A stretch of DNA of 64,000 nt from assembly GCA_012295275.1 (NCBI GenBank), contig CM022672.1:28148001-28212000 (forward strand), read 5' to 3'. The DNA is from Chrysomallon squamiferum (taxonomy: Eukaryota; Animalia; Mollusca). Every line of letters starts with the position of its first letter. Within the stretch, counting starts at the first letter, position 1. Both the position numbers and the translations under genes were made by a program. The notes under the pieces were generated by a model. The model saw only the letters and a program-made list of their open reading frames with translations. It searched no databases and was not told the origin of the DNA. Below, piece by piece: positions 56,345 through 64,000 of this stretch.

Positions 56345-56877
56345 TTATATTTTTAAATATTTTTTTACTCACATTATTATTATTAGTTTTTTGTAGATAA
56401 AAATAGATAAACTATGTTTTAGAAAACTACTGATTATTATAGTTTGACTATTTTTTTGGAATTATAGTTTTTAAAACTCAACATTGTAAATACATGTATA
56501 ATGAAAAAAAATATATAAACATTTCATGGAGGTAGTTTGAATGCAGCTTGATAAATCATCTCAGATCAATATTTTGTCATCTGCCAAAACTATTTTTAAT
56601 TGTGTTGTGAACATCAGTGATACATTTAGTGTTCATACTGTATATTCTGTATGATTATTAAATTAAATATAACTAATTTTAATGAAGTTCATGACATAAG
56701 GCTCATTTCAATATACTATGATCACATGTTCATACTGTACTTATTATGATCATAAAGTTAATACTAAAATACCACAATATTGTATGACCATAACATTTAT
56801 AACAAATTATTTTCATCATTTTTCATACTACAAATGAAACTGTTAATGTATTTCTCACGAAACATGCTGTAACACTG

Positions 56878-57050
56878 TAACATATTCCATAATATTAGAT
56901 CTCCTGCAAAAATTCAGAATCAGTATTTGAACATTATAATAGTTTTACGTATATTATAATAGTTTGAACATTAACATATTCCATATTAGATCTCCTGCAA
57001 ATATTGCATAAATTCAGAAATAGTAGTTTGAACATTAAAATCGTTTTACA
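56878..57050. repeat. Imperfect ~95-bp tandem duplication downstream of the GALC-B stop codon
   Basis: taacatattcc..attagatctcctgcaaa..aattcagaa..tttgaacatta..gttttac occurs twice. Confidence 0.75.
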
Positions 57051-58499
57051 TAAGAATCATGTATATTTTATTAAAAAAAAAATTAAATTTTATGTTTCAG
57101 TCTTAATTATACTTCCTTTAAAAAAAAGGGTAAAAAAAAATCCATTGGAATAATTAATAAAATCAATTATGAGATATAATGTTGCCCATTATTCAAAAGT
57201 AGATTTACAAATTTTGACAAATGTTTCACTGTATTAATCATATCAGTATTATTAGACAGTAATGAAAAATATAAAACAACTGATTTTTCTGAGCTTAAAA
57301 ACACTGAACCAGATTTAATAATAAATCTTTTATATATATATATTTTTAAAGGATTAAATTAGGTTGTTTTGTTTTGTTTTTTGTTCTGCGACATTCGCCT
57401 GTTGAATTTTATATTGTTTTTAACATGCATATTCTTGTTATGTGGATTCACAATTAACATATTTTTTATAAAAATAAAAATATTTACTCATCAAAGTTTT
57501 ATATTATTTTTATAAATGTTAGAGAGGTTTAAATTTTCTTTCAAAAGATAAATCTGAAATTGAGACCCATTTCAAATAATTGTGGGAGCTGGAGTTAGTC
57601 ATTTTTTTTTATACTTGTGCTCACATTATATTCAAACCAGCTGGTTATTGGTATTTATTCATGATATATAACATGATGCAAAGCAATTATCTTTAAAATT
57701 AAAGTTTCATTTATTTATTACCCAGTTTGGCTAGATTCATGTCTTCCTAAACCCATTTTTAATATCTGTTTATGGACAATACAAATGTGCCATTTAATGC
57801 TTTCCACTTTCTCAAACAGTAAGTGTTTATACACAGATGGTAAACCATATACTACACTTTGAAAAACTACTAATAAAAACTACAAAAGAAAAAATGTTGT
57901 TGACCAAATCTATAGTTTTACAGCTGCTACAGTTACACATAGTATTATTCAATATTGTGAGAAAATAATTTAAAAAGGTAATGAAAAACAATAAAGATAA
58001 AAGTACAAGATCAAAATATATACTCAAAACTGTTTTTAAGCCCATCTATGGCAACAAATAATTTTGAAATGAATATTTTTGTTTCCCATATTTATATTTA
58101 TTGATAACTTGGACAATTTTTATTATTTCTTCTTGTGGCAGTTTTTAAAATTTACCCGGTTCAGTCAAAATAAAATAAAAGGTGTCAATGTTTTTAGTAT
58201 CTCTTTTTTTTTTAAAGAATTTTACATGAAGATACAAATTTATTTTGTACTATCTCATGCAATTCACTGAGACTGTACAGTTCATTGCAAAATAAAATGT
58301 TCATATTTTTTAAATTTTACAGAATATTTATTTAGCAGTAGAAAGCAAATTTACAAAAGCTGTCGGATATATTGACAAGCAATTGTTAAATGGTGTAAGC
58401 CAGCTGTGTATTACAGAGATTAACCAACTCTTTAAGAATCACCTTTCCATGTTTACACTCAGCACTATATTTTAAAGTAACAAAAAATATATTCAGTCT

Positions 58500-60419
58500 T
58501 CACAATGACCACAGCATTTGTATTGCCTTGGTAACACCAACATCACTGTAGTTAAAGTGAACTAATCCAGCAAAAGCCACAATGCTTATTGCATACCAAG
58601 CATACTGAACCCAAGGAATAAATTTCACAAGATAATCTGCAAGAACACCTTCCATTCCCCTGCAAAATCAAAAAATAAATTTAGAAAAAAGATTTTCTGT
58701 TATATCAAGTAACATACTTTTAAAAATGATTCAGTCTGTTTTACTGAGATTTCCTATCATTTCCCAATAAGGCTTAAAAAAACACAACATATATCTGATG
58801 AAAAAACGAAAGAAAAAAAACTAGTGATTAATGTGTGTGAAAATAATTATATACTTTGTAGATGGAATATATTGTGGGGGGGTTGTTCTTTTATTATTAG
58901 TATTATTATTATTTGTTTTTTTCCTTTTTGTTCTTTTCTTCTTTTTTTTGGTTGAGGGTTAAAGAAAATAATCACTAAAAATATGTGTGTGTGCACACGC
59001 ACGCACACACATACACTGCTGAAGGTAGGCTATAAATTTAACTCACCAAAATCCATGAAGGAAGATAATAGTTGACAATGCGTAATCCATGATAGGACCT
59101 GGAAAGAAAATTGCTCCAGGCATAATTGGAATCATGCTAATCATGAGAACTCTTTCCAGCTTCCAATGAGTTGAAGCCATCATTAAATGTCCAAGTGCTT
59201 TTTTCTCCTCTGAAAAATCCACAATAAATAAAGTGAATCAATCAATCAATACATATCAGAGAAAAATCAAAACAAGTCCAAATTAACCCCTTGTATACAA
59301 CAACAGAATAATTAAATTTTCTTTAAAATTAATAATAACAAATTTTAAGATAATTTTATGATTATTTAATGCATTTATATATAAAATGAGCTTTCAAAAC
59401 ACAGTTAAATCATAAAAACTAAAAACTTGGATTAGCAAAAAAGATATTTAAAAAATCTATATATTAAATTTTAATATATTTTATTCTTACTCAAGGCAGT
59501 TATAAACAAAACAGTTAACTCCTATGAACTGTCAAAATAGTGAATCACTATAAATGAAAAACTGACTTGGTGAAAATGGACCTCTCCGTGCTCGCAGGAA
59601 ATCAGGAACCATGCTAGACATGGCTGGACTGTTGACTGCTACTGTTTGCTTGGCCAATCCATAGTGAGATTGAAACAGCAAATTACGAGTACCTACCAAT
59701 AAAGTTAATTGAAATAAAATGTGATGTAAACTGTCTCATAATAACAGTAAACTAAAACCACATGAAAATATATGTGAAAAATATTCCTGATAAATATATA
59801 ATAAATAAAATGGTATAAAAGTTTAAAAGGATAACCAAAAAACAAAGAGAAAATCTTATATTATCACTTTAGTTAAAAATGCAACATCGATAAAAAAAAT
59901 TAAATTGATAATATAAAATTTGAAACTAAGAATATCTGAACATTGGTAATTATCGGATATAATGATAATAATCTCTCTAAATTCTGATCTCGTCCGTTTT
60001 GATTTTTTGAATAACCGTAACCTTCGCGAAATAATAACAAGGTCAACGTTTAGAATTTCGTTGCTTCTGTTGCAAAACAAATACCAACAAAAACAAAATT
60101 TTTAAATATAACACTTTTAATGTAATAAAGGAAACGATCACGTCTAAACTAGATAAATGTGAATGTCATTCGACGCACTGTCAATGGCCAATACAGTTTC
60201 ATGAGTCTGCCGAAAAATACATTTCGATTTTTGCAGGTTTTCAACTTCAGCAATTCATGTTTAATTAAGCAAGGCAAGACAAAAATGTACAGTATGTAAT
60301 TTAAATAAATATATTTCTAAAAATGGTTTGCACAGATAGCCAGGGATTGAAAAATGTAGCAACAAGAATAATTTATTTTTACCCCGACTGCATGCTCGCA
60401 AAATACTGACAGTAGCCAT
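58500..60419 (-). CDS. SDHD: Succinate dehydrogenase cytochrome b small subunit (CybS), ~161 aa
   Basis: Exons 60383-60419, 59567-59692, 59047-59209 and 58500-58659 are in frame. Basic N-terminal transit peptide (MATVSILRACSRGTRN); motifs ASTHWKLER, MDYAL, LHGFWG (heme His), LADY, HFNYSDVGVTKAIQMLW. Confidence 0.92.
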
Positions 60420-60934
60420 CTTCTCAAGGTCGGGGTAAGTCGGCAGATAACTCTAAAAATCAAGTTGGTGAATGATTATAGTCTCCAGCGATGTCGCCAC
60501 GTGCGCCGTAGTCGTAAATTCAATTTTATGCAGAACGAAAGAGCTGTACATTTTACGTGTAACTAAAAAGTATTAATTATTATTAATATATCAAAAACAC
60601 ATTAATATATAAAGTTATTATCATTCAGTGCATGATTTTTGCATTTTTAATAACTAGTAGTAGTAAGATACATGTTTTTTTTCATGACGTATTAACACGA
60701 ATGAGTCGAATGACACTAACAAGTAACATACTCAGTATCAGATACTGGATATATTTACAGTCACATGAACTGTGGTCACCAGAAAAAGCATTCATATATT
60801 ATATAACACATCTTTCTCGCAGCTGAAGACCACTTTTTATAAAATAACAGAAAACTGTCATTGTAGACCTGTTGTTTCTCTGTCGTTACCAGTTAATGAG
60901 TTATGAGTTAGATAAATCATTAAATGTCACCAAC

Positions 60935-60968
<34 letters not shown>

Positions 60969-61319
60969 TGTTAATTAACTGTTCAACCGGTCTTTTATAT
61001 TGTTGGAGCCCAGGTATCAGCCAGAGGATACTCGGACTATCTCTGACAGAGAACTAGCAACATCCATCCAAATGTACGTGTGAATTGTTCACCTGCAGAG
61101 AATACTTGGGCGATATGAATATCCATTTAAAAAAAAAAAAAAGTAATATTATTTATTTATTACTACAAGTACTATAACAATGGAGAAAAGAAATTTTGTC
61201 CTAATTTTGAATCACTCTTGATGAAAAATAACAAAAGATACGTTTATGAAGTAAATGTCAATATGTCTGTATAATAAACACTAAAAATGACAGCCCTATA
61301 AGTCCAGTAATAGTTTAGA

Positions 61320-61800
61320 GTTGGTCAGTATGATGTGTGGTACAAATATCAAACTTTGTGGACAACAAGTTAAATACATGGATAATCACTCAAATTCAAT
61401 AACAAGATGAACACAACAATCCATGACATCCCATAGGGGTTCTGCTGGTCTGGTGAGCATTGCAGACAATGGCAACACTTTGATAAAGTACACCATATGG
61501 CTGCTGTTGGAGAAATTGAAGGACAGTTGAGTGCAGACTGCTGAGGTAACATTGAGCTGTAAACTTTCCATTAACAAAGATGACCAGTGGTGTCACCTCC
61601 TGTAACTGATCATTCTATAAAATGGCACAATTGCCTGAACACAAAAAGCCAGTATTTGTTTTCTTCTTCAGCTGTAAACATTGTCTTCCACCAGCACTGA
61701 TTAAACAGAACCAGATTTCAACAGTGAAGACTACCCTCTGCATGTTACTTCACTTTTAACATATTGAACCCAAAACCTGCCATTGACAGATATCATTTTT
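61320..61800 (-). mobile_element. Decayed Tc1-like transposase fragment
   Basis: Minus strand WFCLISAGGRQ..TPLVIFVNGKFTAQCYL..TVLQFLQQQPYGVLYQ resembles the Tc1 DDE domain; stops and frameshifts are present. Confidence 0.6.
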
Positions 61801-63148
61801 TGTATTCACTGTTTGGGCTGTAAGTTTTACATTATTATGTTTAACTTGTTTTTCATTTTTTCTGAAATTTCTACATTTCAACACATTTTATATTTTAAAT
61901 AATTAAATTGATAATTAAATATATAAATATATCTCCTAGTGACATTTAATTAGAGGATAAATGTACAGAATCACCGATTTTAGGAGATAGGTATTACAGA
62001 AATGCATGGACATACTAGTGTAAACAACAGTTTTAAAAATGTTGTGTGACCCTGTTGCTAGATTACTACAAAATAATCTGTAAAATAATGGTTTAAACTA
62101 TTTATTGTACCCATTATTATAATCAGTTAACCCTGTAAACATAAAACAAAGAAAAATATGTTATTTTCCTTTGGACAATAATAAAATTCTTCAGTATGTA
62201 TAAATATAGCAAATTAATATTACATTTTTGCTCTTTTAAGCAATCTACTCAAAGAAACATTTGTTAGTTTAAAGATGCCATTTTCTTTATCTTGTGAACA
62301 ACCAATGCAAACAATTCAGAAGTTGTTAACAATTTTACAAAAGTTTACAAATCATGATGTAGATATATAATGATTACCACAGTCTGCCATGTTCAAATCC
62401 CAAAGTATAAAAACCTTGAATGCTTCAGTGTTATTTCAGATGTTTTCAATAGTTACATGTGTAATGCATAACAGTAAGTGTTGTCTGGATTAAAATAACT
62501 CCATTTAACAGACCCTTTTTGCCAGGTTTCAGAAAGTTTGGACAATATATGGGAAATGTACAAATATTTTTGAATTTCCACTTAGTTTTAATTAGTCAAC
62601 CTCAATCAGCTGTCCATAAACCAAATTAAAAGTAAATTTAGTTCCATACATTATTCCACATTTTGAATTGAAGATAAAATCTGGACAACCTTTGCCCTCT
62701 TTTAGTACCTTAAATAGATATTTTCCTGGTTTTGCTGAATTCCATGTCTTCAGGTTTTTTTTTTTAAAACAAATTTTTTCCCTATCTTATATCCAGTATC
62801 ACCAAGATCCCTCTTTCCAAAACAATGAATAAAACATAATTATTTTGTATAAAAATATATTGTCTTAAAGAAGATTTTAAAGTAGTTTGAAAAATGTAGA
62901 TTATAATCATTTACAATTTCTTATTATGATTGTTTTATACACAAAATTATTAGTATAAATTATATAAAACTAAAAAATACAGTAATTAAATAAATAATAT
63001 GAAATAAAGATATTTAAAATTGTATTAAATGAAAATAACTTCAACAATGTTCATCACATGATTAAATCACATGGCACTATCCACAAGTAACAAACATAGA
63101 TCAAAGGACCTTTCACAACAAACATCTCCATGGTTAAGGAACTGTTTA

Positions 63149-63234
63149 TTACATAGATGTGAAGTCATCATTGTCATCTGGTATCAGCATTCCTTGTTTG
63201 TGAAGTATAGTTTTACGCACATATGCTGCATCAT
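63149..63234 (-). CDS. Probable terminal coding exon of an unidentified gene extending beyond the window
   Basis: The acceptor ttatttag| at 63235 leads into an open frame DAAYVRKTILHKQGMLIPDDNDDFTSM* in a locally more GC-balanced patch, followed by AT-rich UTR-like sequence. Confidence 0.5.
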
Positions 63235-64000
63235 CTAAATAACAAAATAAAGAGATATATATTTTACTTCAGACATTTGCATATACATTACTTTACATGA
63301 TGTACATTAATACAATAAGTGTTTTCTCTGTAAACTCAGTTGATACATTCATTACTTCTGTTCAGATGGCAACATTGGCCTCATGAAGTACTTGATACTG
63401 ACATCACTACTTATAATATTGCATATTTTTTCTATTATGTGTAATTGTTAATTTACATGATGTACTGGTATTTTTATCTTTTAATAATTTTTATTCATTT
63501 CTATTAACATAAACAGTGAAATTAATTCTTTGTGAAATGGAAAGTTGTTACAAAGTCTGACAAGAAGTTGTCAACAGAAAGTCGTAGAATAATGAGAAGT
63601 TTTAGCTTATTCTTGTGCAGAAGCCTGATGAAACATTGTTCATTTGTTTGATTGTTCTTGTATCAAAAGACATCAATGAATGATAAACATTTTGTGATCT
63701 GTGAATTTTAACTTTGAAATATATTGACAGTATAAAATAATTCCCAAGCTCTGACTTTTGACAAACCAACTTGGACATTTTTTGTGGAGTGAACAATTGA
63801 CATTTTATTATTCTTTGAGTTCTGAACATAACTTTAATTACACTTTCTTTTACTTTTAGTTTATAAAATAAAATATATTAAGTCTTTATACAGCTTGTTC
63901 TGTTATTTTAGATATATGAATTCCTGTTAACTGTTTAGTGCATTGGTCTTTAAGTTAACGTCATACCAGGTTTACATTCTGAAATCCTAATTGTTAGTTA

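Overview
This is an AT-rich, intron-containing eukaryotic (invertebrate, probably molluscan) genomic window, not a prokaryotic one; most entries in the ORF track are single exons or noise. I assembled genes by hand from GT-AG splice sites and reading-frame phase. In order: the 3' end of a + strand gene ending in a CaaX box (CTVS*); RCCD1 (-); a first galactocerebrosidase/GH59 gene, GALC-A (-, 18 exons, ~710 aa); UROS (+), head-to-head with GALC-A; a second GH59 paralog, GALC-B (+, ~686 aa); SDHD (-); and the last exon of an unidentified gene (-). Between and inside genes are three decayed RNase H-bearing LINEs, a Sola2-like DNA transposon, Tigger, Tc1 and Ginger/Gypsy-like remnants, a MITE that contains a copy of nearby intron sequence, and simple repeats. 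The main novelty is GALC-B. It has two alternative signal-peptide first exons and two same-length (178 nt), same-phase copies of one lectin-domain exon that cannot both be included in frame. Both variable exons encode loops that line the substrate pocket in mammalian GALC, suggesting a small splice-combinatorial glycolipid-hydrolase repertoire. The upstream first exon lies inside nested perfect inverted repeats (63-bp and 47-bp arms). Other signals: a cationic peptide-like C-terminal tail on GALC-A, and a 5'UTR element able to base-pair with the first 5' splice site of SDHD. No searches or expression data were available, so all gene models are manual predictions.
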